A DNA stretch of 64,000 bases from Callorhinchus milii (lineage: Eukaryota): the NCBI RefSeq assembly GCF_018977255.1, contig NW_024704756.1:1-64000 (forward strand), in the 5' to 3' direction. Of the stretch, positions 41,160 to 52,959 are shown piece by piece. The translations under genes and the position numbers were made by a program. Numbering within the stretch: the stretch's first letter is position 1; each line of letters starts with the position of its first letter. The notes under the pieces are model-generated. The model made no database searches, had not been told where the DNA came from, and saw only the letters and a list, made by a program, of their open reading frames with translations.

Positions 41160-41552
41160 GGTAGGAATGTAAAAAGACTAAAATACGTAAAGTACAGTGT
41201 CTAGACTAGGATAAGATTAAAGTTGTTTTTTAAGCAACAATGTAGATAAATTAGAGCAGAACCAGTGTCCTTGTCCTGTCTGCAAATGTATAATTAAACT
41301 TGTGATGGCTGAATATTGCTGGTCAATCAACAGCAAGAATTGTTTTGAGACATGAGGTGATCACAAATAATCATGTATATAAACTGATGGGACTGCCCCA
41401 TTGGTAGAGGGAGAGTACCCACTCTTCTGAGAGACGTGCTATTGTATTGCCTCTCTCTTTCCCTCTCCTTGCTGCAACTATATTTTTGAGCTAACTATGT
41501 TTGTGAGTGTTCGTTTAATCCGAGCTATAGCGACTACATCCTGGGTTCGTCA
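41160..41552 (+). repeat. 5' LTR
   Basis: Matches 51201-51401 at both ends; TATATAAA at about 41376; ends in CA, 3 nt before the PBS. Confidence 0.9.
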
Positions 41553-41555
41553 ATT

Positions 41556-41573
41556 TGGAGGTTCCACCGAGAT
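41556..41573 (+). promoter_or_regulatory. Primer binding site, tRNA-Gln
   Basis: TGGAGGTTCCACCGAGAT is the 18-nt complement of the tRNA-Gln(CTG) 3' end. Confidence 0.93.
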
Positions 41574-41834
41574 GGTATGCCTATGAGCATTCGGGAGACG
41601 GACGACTAAAGGGAGGATTGTTAGTGAACGAATTTCACCGGTATATACACGGTAAGCCTCTGCTTACATTGAAATTGTTTACTCTCAGTTTTGACCATTT
41701 TGTTCCGCTCCTGGTGTTGATGGCACTACCATCTAGTGTCTAAATTGTAGTCTGTTCTAAGAAACGAACTGGCCAGAAAAGTGTACGCTTTCGGTAATTG
41801 GATTGACCGGGGTTCGAGGCCGTATGAAAATAAA

Positions 41835-41975
41835 AGATTAAAGTATAAGAAAATAAAGTATAAGAAAATAAAGTATAAGAAAATAAAAGATTCAATGCCA
41901 TTTAAAGTATAAGAAAAGCATGCATTACACGTATAAGAAAATAAAAGGTTCGAAACCATTTTCTAAAGTATAAGA
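41835..41975. repeat. 15-bp AT-rich tandem repeat (AAAGTATAAGAAAAT) in the ERV leader
   Basis: Three adjacent copies plus partial copies downstream. Confidence 0.8.
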
Positions 41976-42053
41976 TACGAAATTTGTGTATTATTGTTTC
42001 GATTTTTTGTTTATGCATTGATTTGAAAAAAACTTGTAATAAATACTAACAAA

Positions 42054-43840
42054 ATGGATCAGAACTCATCCAAATTAGAGGTCTGTCCTCAGGGAACGCC
42101 CTGTGCCTTCATGTTAAATAATTATGGACAAGAGACTATACAGTACCTTAAAATATGGGAGAATTGGACAAAAGGGAACATACACTGTTGGCCTGCCGAT
42201 GGCTCGTTTAACTGAGACAGACTGCGGTATTTAAAACTAAAGCTTGAAACAAAGGCATTGTTGAAGGGAGGTTGTTTTGGCAAGTGTAGATGTAGACTTG
42301 ATATGCAGGCTCACATGTCCGCATTTAATGATTGGGTAACTGAAAGTGAACGCAGGCACGAGGAAAGTGTAAAGAAAAGTAAGCAAGGGAATGCTTCTCA
42401 GCATCTGGAGAAATTTGGAGGGAATGCCGAGAAGTTACTATTGCAAATGCAACATAAAGAAAATAAAGGAAGTAGAGCAGAGGAAAACAAAAGACAGACA
42501 GAGGATGAAGAGAAAAGAAAGGATGATGAGGAGGCTTGCCAAGCAACAGGATATCCTTGTCAATATCCCTCAATTGTTGTTAATTCCACTCCAAGCGCCC
42601 CGTCCCCTACTCCATCCGCATACCCGACAGACTCAGGTTAATAACAGAGCAGATAGGATCAGTCCCAGTGTCCCCTCCACCACAAGGCCACTACTCGTTT
42701 ACAAGCAGGAGTAACGGTAGTTCTACCATGTCTTACCACAGATTGTCAGACAGATTGGGACAATCTGGAACTGGAAGAGATACGACCGGAGGGTCATTAT
42801 CTGTCTCTATGTTACCAATGAGATCATTTCCAGGACCTATGGGAAGTACAATGGAAATATACAGACCTTGGTCAGCTATTGAATTAAAAGATTTAATAAC
42901 CTCTACAGTGAGCCCGAATTCCGATTTCAAAAAAACTTTTCATCAGCTAAGATTGATATACTTGTGCCACAATCCAACTTTCCCGGACTGGATTGTGTTC
43001 TTGGAAGGGTGGCTAGGTCCCATGAAGAGCGCACAAGTAATTGATGGATTAGTACAGAAATTTGGCGGAGTCGTAGATAACACAATTCCAGCCCCCAGAG
43101 AATTACTACCAGAATTAATTGATATATTGGATGCAACTTTTCCCCTAAGAAGCGACTGGTCTAAAATTTCAGAATGTGCACAGAAAGATGGGGAGGATAA
43201 AGAGGACTTTGTGGGTAGATTGAGAACAATTTTTAAAGAAAATTCAGGAATAGTGGATTTGAAAAATAATCAATCACCTTTTGTTAATGCACTTGTACAA
43301 AATTGCCATCCTGGGTTACAGGAAAAAATTAAATTAATTTGTATTGGATGGGAAGGAAAAACGGTTGATGAAATATTGCCAGTTTTAAAACATTGCCAGA
43401 AACAGCTTAAGGAAAAAAAACTGTAAAACTTTAGAATTTCTGATGAGCAACAATGGGTACAGCCTTCTTGACCCACTCAACAACAGTACTGGGGGAGAGG
43501 TAGATGCATGAACAGAGGAAGAGACAGGGGCAGAGGTCGCAGATACTTCCCTCGGGGATGGCAACCTCGCTCTGCAGCTCCTCAAGGTAATTGGAATCAG
43601 GGAAATTACGGAATGCCTCCGCCCCAAGGTCCGCAGTTCCAATACCCACCTCAGGAAAATGCTAACCCACCTCAGACTCAGAATGCATCATGTTTTAACT
43701 GTGGCCAAATGGGACATTGGTCAAGAGATTGCCCAAGCAGAAAAACGGGTTTTTCTATGCAACATCCTTATCAACCAGATTATCAACCAAATGGGAAATC
43801 GATGCCTCTCCTGGAAGGGGATGATACATGGCAAGCCTGA
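42054..43840 (+). pseudogene. gag: gag, with internal stops and frameshift
   Basis: MDQNSSK start (degenerate MG myristoylation site), WPADGSF matrix motif, PSAP late-domain-like motif, YRPWS capsid start, MHR-like QKDGEDKEDFVGRL, knuckle CFNCGQMGHWSRDC. Confidence 0.9.
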
Positions 43841-46800
43841 AAGAAGGTAAGCCCTGATGGGAAATTATTACCATTGGGGTGTCCTACTAAAAACAAAGAA
43901 CCGATTATTACATTACAGATTGAAGGAAAAACAGAACTTTTAATCGATACAGGGGCTACTTTTTCAACTTTAAAAGGATTAACTCAAATTGACAACAGGA
44001 ACCCGGTCTCTGTAGTAGGAGTAACGGGAATACCTATGCTACTCCCAAGGACAAAAGATATTAAAATTACAGGACAATTGGGAGGACAGAAAGTTGATGA
44101 AATTCACACCTTTCTGGTAAGTGAAGATTTACCAATTAACCTGTGTGGAAGAGATTTGCTGTGTAAATTAGGAGCTATAATAAATTATACTGCGGATGGT
44201 TTAAGTATATAAATACCTGAGAACGAATACAGTGATATGTGTTCACTAATGGAGAGATGTACACAACAGTACTACTATGCATGGAATTTAATTGAATCAA
44301 AACCAATTACCAAAGAATTAGAGAGTATAGTTAGAAAATAAGCTTACCTGCAGTTTATACAATATTTAAAAGATTCACAATTGACACCGTGGAAAACGAG
44401 TTTGCATTGTACTGCTCTTTTTGATTTTACCTCCGTGACTCATGAGGCAATCTGCAAATTAAAACTATACCTTGACATCTCTACTGCATTTAAAACTAAA
44501 TATATTTACGTAGGAAAGCAGGTAATTGCAGCCGCAATCACCTTACTTACAGCAGAACAGAAATATTTTCTTGCACAAAACAGTACGCCACATTTGACAT
44601 TACAAGTAGCAAAGGGATTTGATGCTAAAGAGCTAGGGTCTATGCTATTAATTAACAGAAAGTTACCATATATTTCTCTTTGTGAAGGACTACAGTACAA
44701 CCTAGAAATGGATTGTTATCGTATAAAATTTGAATCGGTAAAGCCAGCAGCAAGATTTGAATTAAATAATGTAGTAACATCCAACATAGTAATGCCGCAA
44801 TGGTTGAATGAGATACCAGACGAATTATGGAGGTAAGATTCTAACAGCCAAACTGTACAAGATTACGGTTCACCCTGAAAGGCAATGCCTTACCGTCCTC
44901 AGTACCGTTTAAAACCAGAGGCTGAAGCAGAAATACAGGAAGTAATTAAAAGTTTACTTGAACAAGGGATCATCACTAAATATAAAAGTCCATGTAAATA
45001 CGCCCATTCTGCCAGTATTAAAAGCAGATGGAAAGCGCTGGAGATTTGTACAAGATTTAAGAGCTATTAATGACGTTGTAATACCTTGCTACCCTGTTTG
45101 CCCAATCCAACTACTATTTTGACTACTCTACCAGCCGATACAAAATTTTATTCAGTAATCGATTTATGTTCAGTATTTTTCTCAATCCCTATACATGTTG
45201 AATCTCAATATTTGTTTGCATTTACGTATAAAGGAGAACAGTACACTTGGACAAGATTACCTCAAGGATATTGTGAGAGTCCCACAATTTTCTCACAATG
45301 TTTAAAAGGAGACTTGTCTAATGTTAAATTAACAGGTGGGTCAACTTTAATACAATATGTGGATGATTTACTGATAGCATCACCCACAAAAGAAGGATGT
45401 GAAATTGATACTAAAATCTTATTGAGAGCTGTTGCAGAAAAAGGACACAAAGTCGCAAAGGAAAAACTCCAATTGGTAAGTGGGACTGTAACTTATTTGG
45501 GACACCAATTGTGTGAAGCTACAAGAGCACCTGGTGAGAAAAGAATACAAGGGATTTGTAATTTACCTAAGCCTAATACAATCAGGCAAATGAAACATTT
45601 TTTGGGAATGGCTAATTATTGTAGACAGTGGATTTCAGAATATGCTCCATTATCCAGACCACTATTAGACATATCTAAGCCAGAATCACCAGAGCCTTTG
45701 CAACGGACAGAAACAGCAAATACAGCTTTTGATGATTTAAAATTGGCACTACAAAATGCGCCAGCACCAAACTATGAGAAACTTTTTCATTTATTTGTAC
45801 ATGAAAAGGGCGGATTTGCGCAAGCTGCACTAACTCAAGGTCATTGTGGAAAACAGCAACCTATTGCTTACATTTCGACTAAACTTGACCCAGTGGCTAG
45901 TGCTTTACCGGGATGCCTTAAAGCTGTTGCCGCAACATATTATGCTGTTATACAAGCAGAAATATTCACTTTAAATCACCCAATGGAGGTGCATGTTGCA
46001 CACGCAGTGGAAGCTTGTTTATTAAAACATGCAACTCAACATTTAACCAGTGCTAGGTCTAGCAAATATAAAATTGTTTTACTGTCAAATTTTAACCTGA
46101 CAATTAAGTGATGCAATACGTTAAATCCAGCCACATTATTACCAATTGAAACAGAAGGAGAACCATGTATCTGTGAACAAATTATTTATCTAGAAACAAA
46201 ACCAAGACCCGACTTACAGGATTCCCCACTGACTAATGCAGACAATGAGTGGTATGTGGATGGATCAGCTTGTTACAACCCAAATGGAAAGTTATGCTCA
46301 TCCTGTGCTGTATGTACACAGTTTCAGATCGTAGGAAGTAATAAGTTACCAACTAATACGTCTGTGCAAATAGTAGAAATATGTGCACTAACAAGAGCGT
46401 GTGTTTTATCAGAAGGGAAAACCTTAAATGTTTATACAGACTCTAGATACGCTTTTGGAGTATGTCATGATTTTGGCAGATTACGGGAATAAAGAGGATT
46501 CCTCACCTTTACCGGATCGCCTATTAAAAATGGGAAGTATATTTTTAATTTACTAAAAGCTATTCTTTTGCCATCAAGATTAGCAGTGGTGAAGTGTAAT
46601 GCACACACCACTGGTACAGCCGCAGTCTCTCAAGGGAACAGGATGGCTGATGAAACAGCTAAATTAACAACATTATCAGATGATACAAGTATGGTACCGA
46701 TGTGTACTTTAAAAGATTATTTGGATATCGATTGTCTTAATTCAATTGGACTAAATGAAGTATGGACCTTACAGTATCAACCTCTACTGATGAAATGTCT

Positions 46801-47079
46801 AGTTGGAAAAAGGACAATTGCTATATTAAAAATCAAGGAATATGGATAAGTAATGATGGAAGGACTGTACTTCCCAAAGTACTATATCCATGGATTGTTC
46901 ATTTGGTTCATCAGTTTACACATGAAGGAACAGTATTGATGTTTAAGTGGATAACTAAAACCTGGTATTCTGTAGGACTAACACCATATTTAAATCAAGT
47001 TGTTACTAATTGTGTTATTTGCCAGAAGAACAACCCAGGTAAGGGTAAGCCTCCAGCCATGGCAACTCATCTTCCACCT
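43841..47079 (+). pseudogene. pol: pro-2H phosphodiesterase-RT-RNase H-integrase N-terminus, disabled
   Basis: LIDTGA / GRDLL protease; LHCT and PHLT; WTRLPQGYCESP, QYVDDLL; WYVDGS, VYTDSRYAF, GNRMAD; HQFTH...CVIC. Confidence 0.93.
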
Positions 47080-47226
47080 GGTTAAGAAAAACAAAAACCT
47101 TTTCGAGTTCCAATCAAACACAGCCACTGTTTGCAACCAGAGTGGTGTTTATTAAACCCCAGGATCCGTCCAAGTTCCCGATGGGCGTGGGCAAGTGAGC
47201 ACAATCAATCAATTCACTAACAGAAC

Positions 47227-47553
47227 AATAATAATAATAATAATCCTTGCATTTGATATAGCGCTTTTCACGTCGGGAGGACGTCCCAAAGCGCTTCACA
47301 GAACACACTGTAAAGTGAATTGACTGTATATTTGTGGGTGAACGCGGCAGCCAATTGCGCACAGCAATGTCCCACAAACAGTCGTAGATTGAAAATGACC
47401 AATTTTTTTATTATTATTTTTGGTTTTGGAGGGATTATTATTAGGTGTGTGGAGTAAGGAAACTTGCCCAAGGTTTCGCCCTCTACCGGGAATTGAACTC
47501 CAATCTCTCACTTGCAAAGCGAGTGCTCTAACCACTGAGCTACAGGACTCCAC
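47227..47553 (-). mobile_element. tRNA-derived SINE, full length, young
   Basis: Same family, close to consensus. Confidence 0.93.
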
Positions 47554-47582
47554 AATACTACCGCGTAATCCTGCCGCGTGGT

Positions 47583-48568
47583 TGTTAGAATTTACACTTT
47601 TTGTACACTGCTAGAATCATAATAGATGTTGTGAATGGGTTAACTTTTAAGTTAAGTGTGGGGCACAACTGGACTGACAGTCATGGGATAGGACACATCT
47701 GGTTTTCTCTGTTTTTGAAAGAATAACAGACAGGGGCCGGGGGTCACCTCCTATCAGTAAATGACAACAAGCCACAGAGGGAACGGTCCAAGGTACCAGT
47801 CGACACAGGATCTCGACTGAGCAATAAGTCGCTAGATTCTGACAGGGCCGAGCGACAGAAGGCAACCCTCAAGAATAGCCACTAATGAGCAAGTTGTTTA
47901 AACTGGAGGGCCTCGGTACCATCCCGGGATACTGATAAGGAATAACCAGTCACTTAAAAGGAATGTACTAATGATCCCACACCACAAAATAATGAGCACC
48001 AGATACAGCCCTAAACTGATCAATCCTCTATCTTAGACAATTAAGGACAATGTGTATGTGTGTGAGGCGTGTACACCCCATGAGGTGTTCACGTGAACCC
48101 GGCATGATTTCGACCGGGTGATCTAATGTCCGCACCATGACTGGACGAATATCAGTATAAGAGTTCCGATAACTTTGTGTACGGGGCCGTCCCAGGTCGC
48201 GGAGACAAGGGTACGGAGATGGAAGACTGAGAGCTGGAAACACTAAGACCGAGGATATCAGATGGAAGATTGAAAGCTGTCAGCAAGAAGACTGAAAGCA
48301 TGAAGAATCAAACTTGTGTGCTGGAAAGACACAGTGTTGAACTCTTGAACTCGAGATATCTCCGTAGTTATTATTCTGTTATAAGATCTGTTGATTGTAC
48401 CGCCTTTGGTCTGCCCATCGGGATATTGGGGAATAACGAACGAATAATAATAAAACAGTCTGATATCTGGTTAGAGGAATTAGCGTTATTTCCTTACAGA
48501 TTTGGCGGATTTTATTTTCTAACATGGTCGTCTACTTTTGACTTCTAGCTCTCAGTCTTCCATCCACA
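47583..48568 (+). mobile_element. Solo LTR nested in opposite orientation
   Basis: Starts TGTTAG, TATAA at about 48156, AATAAA at about 48449, CA end; first ~565 bp are the reverse complement of 48625-49525 minus the SINE. Flanking duplication imperfect. Confidence 0.8.
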
Positions 48569-49048
48569 ATAGGTACTGCCCTCGGCCCCGATCTTGGTCT
48601 GGCACGATGTCTTAAGCTTGTGTCCATCCAGTCATGGTGCGGACATTAGGTCACCTGGCCAAAATCATGCTGGGTTCACGTGAACACCTCATGGGGTGTA
48701 GGGCCTCACACACATACACATTGTCCTTAAGACCCCTGTTATCTAATGCTCGTTATTTTGTTAGGTGGGATCATTAGTACATTCCTTTTAAGTGACTGGT
48801 TATTCCTTATCAGTATCCTGGGATGGTACCAAGGTCCTCTAGTTTAAGCAACTTGCTCATCAGTGGCTATTCTTGAGGGTTGCCTTCTGTCATTTGGCCC
48901 TGTCAGAATCTAGCGACTTATTGCTCAGTCGAGATCCTGTGTTGACTGGTACCTTGGACCGTTACCTCTGTGGCTTGTTGTCATTTACTGATAGGAGGTG
49001 ACCCCCGGCCCCTGTCTGTTATTCTTTCAAAAACAGAGAAAAACAGAT

Positions 49049-49356
49049 GTGGAGTCCTGTAGCTCAGTGGTTAGAGCACTCGCTTTGCAAGTGAGAGACC
49101 TGAGTTCAATTCCAGGCAGAGGGCGAAACCTTGGGCAAGTTTCCTTACTCCACACAGAGCCTAATAATAATCCCTCCAAAACCAAAAACAATAATAAATT
49201 GGCCATTTTCAATGTACGACTGTTTGTGGGACATTGCTGTGCGCAATTGGCTGCCGCGTTCGCCCACAAATATACAGTCAATTCACTTTACAGTGTGTTC
49301 TGTGAAGCGCTTTGGGACGTCCTCCCGACGTGAAAAGCGCTATATCAAATGCAAGG

Positions 49357-49412
<56 letters not shown>
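49049..49412 (+). mobile_element. tRNA-derived SINE with long (TTA)n tail
   Basis: Inserted at ATGT of the LTR; the empty site is visible in the paralogous arm near 47695. Confidence 0.94.
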
Positions 49413-49525
49413 GTGTCCTATCCCATGACTCTCAGTCCAGTTGCCCCCACACTTAACTTAAATGTTAACCCGTTCGCAACATATATTATGACTCTAACAT
49501 TATACACAAAGTGTAAATTTTAACA

Positions 49526-50438
49526 ACCTCGGGGTCCATTTCAACATTTACAGATGGATTTTATTCAGTTACCCAAAGAAATGGGACTTGAATATATTCT
49601 CGTAGTTGTTGAAATGTTCTCTAAATGGATTGAAGCCTTCCCTTGCAGACACACTGTGGCCATATACTTGATTAAAGAAATCATTCTGAGGTTTGGAGAA
49701 CCTCTCCTATTGTCAAGTGATAATGGTCCACACTTTATTGGGCGAGTGGTAAAAGAAGTCTGTAAGGTATTAAAAATTGATCAGCGATTTCACTGCTCCT
49801 ATCATCCGCAATCAGCAGGAGTCGTGGAAAGAGCAAACAGCACTTTGAAATTAAAATTAGAAAAATTAACTACTGAAACAGGTCTTAAGTGGCCACAAGT
49901 ATTACCTATTACTCTCATGCAAATGCGAGCGCATACCTCTCGGACTCTCAAATTATCTCCACATGAAATAGTTTTCGGCCGCAGTATGCCAATGATGTTC
50001 GATGCACCAGAAAAAGTTGATTATGATGTTCATCATATGGAAGATGCTATGCTTACGTATTGTATTGCACTCACCAAATGTTTATGCAGTTTCTCTAAAC
50101 AGATACAAGAGCTCCAACAACCGGCCGCAACTGAAGCTTGTCACTCGTTTGTGCCAGGAGATTTTGTATATGTGAAGGTGTTCAAACGTAAAGGTGGACT
50201 TTCTCCCCGTTGGGAAGGACCTTATCAAATATTACTAACAACCTTTACTGCAGTGAAAGTACAAGAAAAATCAACATGGATACATGCCTCCCACTGCAAA
50301 AAGGCGCCGGTGCAGGATGTAGACATGCCGAAACGGAAGAACAAGGAAGAAACAGACTCAGACAGCGAGAAGAGCGACGTGAGTCAAGAGTCAGGTCGCA
50401 GCCGCAGTTCCAGTTTATCTTCTGTTTCCTCCAATTAG
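49526..50438 (+). pseudogene. pol: Integrase core and C-terminus (open frame, cut off from the rest of pol)
   Basis: [37 protein letters not shown]. Confidence 0.92.
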
Positions 50439-50442
50439 TGCT

Positions 50443-51140
50443 ATGACAGTTGACGCGTATTTGGTGTTTATTAATGTGTATTATTTTCTTTTCTTTCGTA
50501 GCAAGATCTCTCGGTGTTGGGTCCAGTACTTACTCAAACACTACTAATTGTATGATCACCTCATGTTATAGTTTTTCTACGCCAGTTAACAACTCCGTCG
50601 TTATGTGTAGCAATTTAACTGAATGTATTCCCTTTTATCTAACAATTGTAATAGAGCTATCTATTACTTGTATACTAGTATATTCTTTTAATTTTTGTTA
50701 TTGTCATACTATGTTTAACTGTACTACTCAACCCCTTTGCCATCCAAACAGAACTGGTACAGATGAATTTATTATATACAATAAAATGTTTCTCTGGAAA
50801 GCGAGGACTCTAGCAGAACGGATTTCCTAGTGGTTATTCCTTTGCGGTTAATAATTCGAAGCTTACCAATATGCAAATCACAGATGCCAATTTGTTCCCA
50901 ATCAAATTAATAAAATAGGAAAAGACGCTGCAGGAATCATTAATAACGATAAAGGCTGGGGTTTGTTTGGTTGGTTTACAGGTCTATTTGACGGATTAGA
51001 AGGATGGATTAAGACCGGAGTAATGTACTCACTTGAAATAATTATAATCATTATTGTTTGTATGTACTTATTAAAATGCTTATAACCTGTTGTATCCAAT
51101 GTAGCAAGAGCACTGCAAAGAAGCTTGCGTTTTTAGAGTT
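50443..51140 (+). pseudogene. env: Internally deleted env remnant
   Basis: Signal-peptide-like hydrophobic start, Cys/N-glycan-rich stretch, then WGLFGWFTGLFDGLEGWIKTGVMYSLEIIIIIIVCMYLLKCL membrane anchor; only about 0.7 kb. Confidence 0.65.
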
Positions 51141-51200
51141 AGGAAGAAGTGAGACAAGACAAGGAATTGAGTTATCCTAAGTAAGGATAAAATGGAGGAG

Positions 51201-51401
51201 TGTGGGAATGTAAAAAGACTAAAATACGTAAAGTACAGTGTCTAGACTATGATAAGATTAAAGTTATTTTTTAAGCAACAATGTAGATAAATTAGAGCAG
51301 AACCAGTGTCCTTGCTGCAAGTGTTAAATAAACTATATTTCTGAGCTAACTGTTAGTGTTCGTTTAATCCGAGCTATAGCGACTACATCCTGGGTTCGAC
51401 A
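51201..51401 (+). repeat. 3' LTR with an internal deletion of about 190 bp
   Basis: TG...CA, follows a purine-rich tract, retains AATAAA. Confidence 0.9.
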
Positions 51402-51735
51402 GGCGGACAAGCAGTAGGAAAACTAGCCAGGTAGTGTTCACAAGCTATGCAGTTTTTGTGCACAGCAGTGTCCTACAAACAGAGTGACCAAATTATTATT
51501 TTAAAAAAGTGTGCAAGGGATATTACCCCTAGAGAAGTGATCTACCAATCAACTAACAACTGATTCCTACCTACTCCGAGGTAAACAGAGGCATGTGGGC
51601 ATGGAATAAGGAAATTTGACTAAGATTTTTTCCTGCCAGGGAATCATACCCAGGTCCTCTCGCTTGAGAGGCAAGTGCTCTAACCACTATGCTACGGTAC
51701 TCCACAAAATAATTTTCTTTTGTTTTTATTTGTAG

Positions 51736-52011
51736 AACAAATGTCCAACGTCAGAGTTCTAGTCAATGCTTCAAACCCAGTGGAAGGTACTGAGAGTGTG
51801 TTCCTGACTTGTGACGCCTCTGGCCTCATTCATTCCTGAGTGTGGTTCAACGATAAACAAGCTCTCGAGAGCAACAAGCGGATTCTCATGTCTCCCAACA
51901 AAGATACCTTGACCATAAAGCTTGTAAACAGAAAGGACACTGGGGATTACTGCTGTTTGGTTCAAAATCCTGTCAGTAATGAGACAGCTACATTCAACAT
52001 AGAGGTTATCT
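51736..52011 (+). pseudogene. CEACAM-like IgC exon (A-type) with an in-frame TGA
   Basis: ag|..NASNPVEGTESVFLTCDASG..*VWFND..RILMSPNKDTLTIKLVNRKDTGDYCCLVQNPVS|gtaagt; phase 1-1. Confidence 0.85.
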
Positions 52012-52959
52012 GTAAGTACAAGCAACTTCATATAATAATAATACTTGTATTTAATATAATTATATTAATGATCCTTTCATTTGATATAGCTCCTTATCAC
52101 ATCTTTGAGATGTTTCAAAGCACTTCACAGGATACACTGCAAAGTGAATTAACTGTATATTTTATGAGTGAAACGTGGCAGCCAATTCCATATAGTGACA
52201 TCCCACAAACAGTCATAGATTTAAGCAACCAATTTATTGCTTTATTATTTTTGAAGCAATTATTACCTCCAGAAAAGCAATCCACCAATCAACTATCGAC
52301 CGGGTTCCTACTTACTACGAGGTAAATAGAGGAGTGTCTGTCGAGCAAGGAAACTTGCCCAGCGTTTCACCCTGACCCACCTGGAAATCAAACATAGGTT
52401 AGTGCCCCAACCACTGAGCTGCAGGACTCCACTTCTACCCATTATGCAGGAACCCATTGAACCAACTGCTCAAAAGATGATCTGTGTTGATCAGAGGTAC
52501 AATTTATGTACAACAAAAAAAACTTGCATTTAGATAGCGCCTTTCACGCGAGGTAGTATCCCGGAGTGCTTGACAGTGGTGGAGTCCAACAACAAACCAA
52601 GGGGAGAGGGAGGGAAGAGTTGACCGTAAGCTCGATCAAAATGTACGGTCTTTAGGTGGGATTTGAAGGTGGGGAGGGAGGGGCAAGAAGGAGACATTCA
52701 GGGAGAGAGTTCTAGAACTTCAGGGCATTGTGGTTGAAGACACGGCCAGCGATGGTGAAGCGGATGGGACAAGAGGCCAGAGCCAGCCGAGCGGATGCAG
52801 CATATGGTGGAGTGGGGGATGAGATGATATGAAGGGATTTGAAAATGATTGAGAGGATCTTGAAGTCGATCTGTACAGCACTTCTCACGTTGGGAGGGTG
52901 TCCCACAGTGTTTGACAATACCAGCTGGGCACCAGAGATTTGGCGGAGAGCAAGGTGGT

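Larger units (their letters stand above)
47080..49525 (-). mobile_element. Solo LTR inserted in the integrase, itself carrying an inverted LTR and two SINEs
   Basis: ACCT duplication at 47076-79 and 49526-29; termini GGTTAA/TTAACA; minus-strand AATAAA at about 47148-47153; removing it restores [15 protein letters not shown]. Confidence 0.85.
41160..51401 (+). mobile_element. Defective endogenous retrovirus, class I (epsilon/gamma-like), with nested insertions
   Basis: Two matching LTRs, PBS, gag, pro, pol, env remnant, purine-rich tract before 51201; lies in the intron between CEACAM-like exons. No clean target-site duplication found. Confidence 0.95.
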
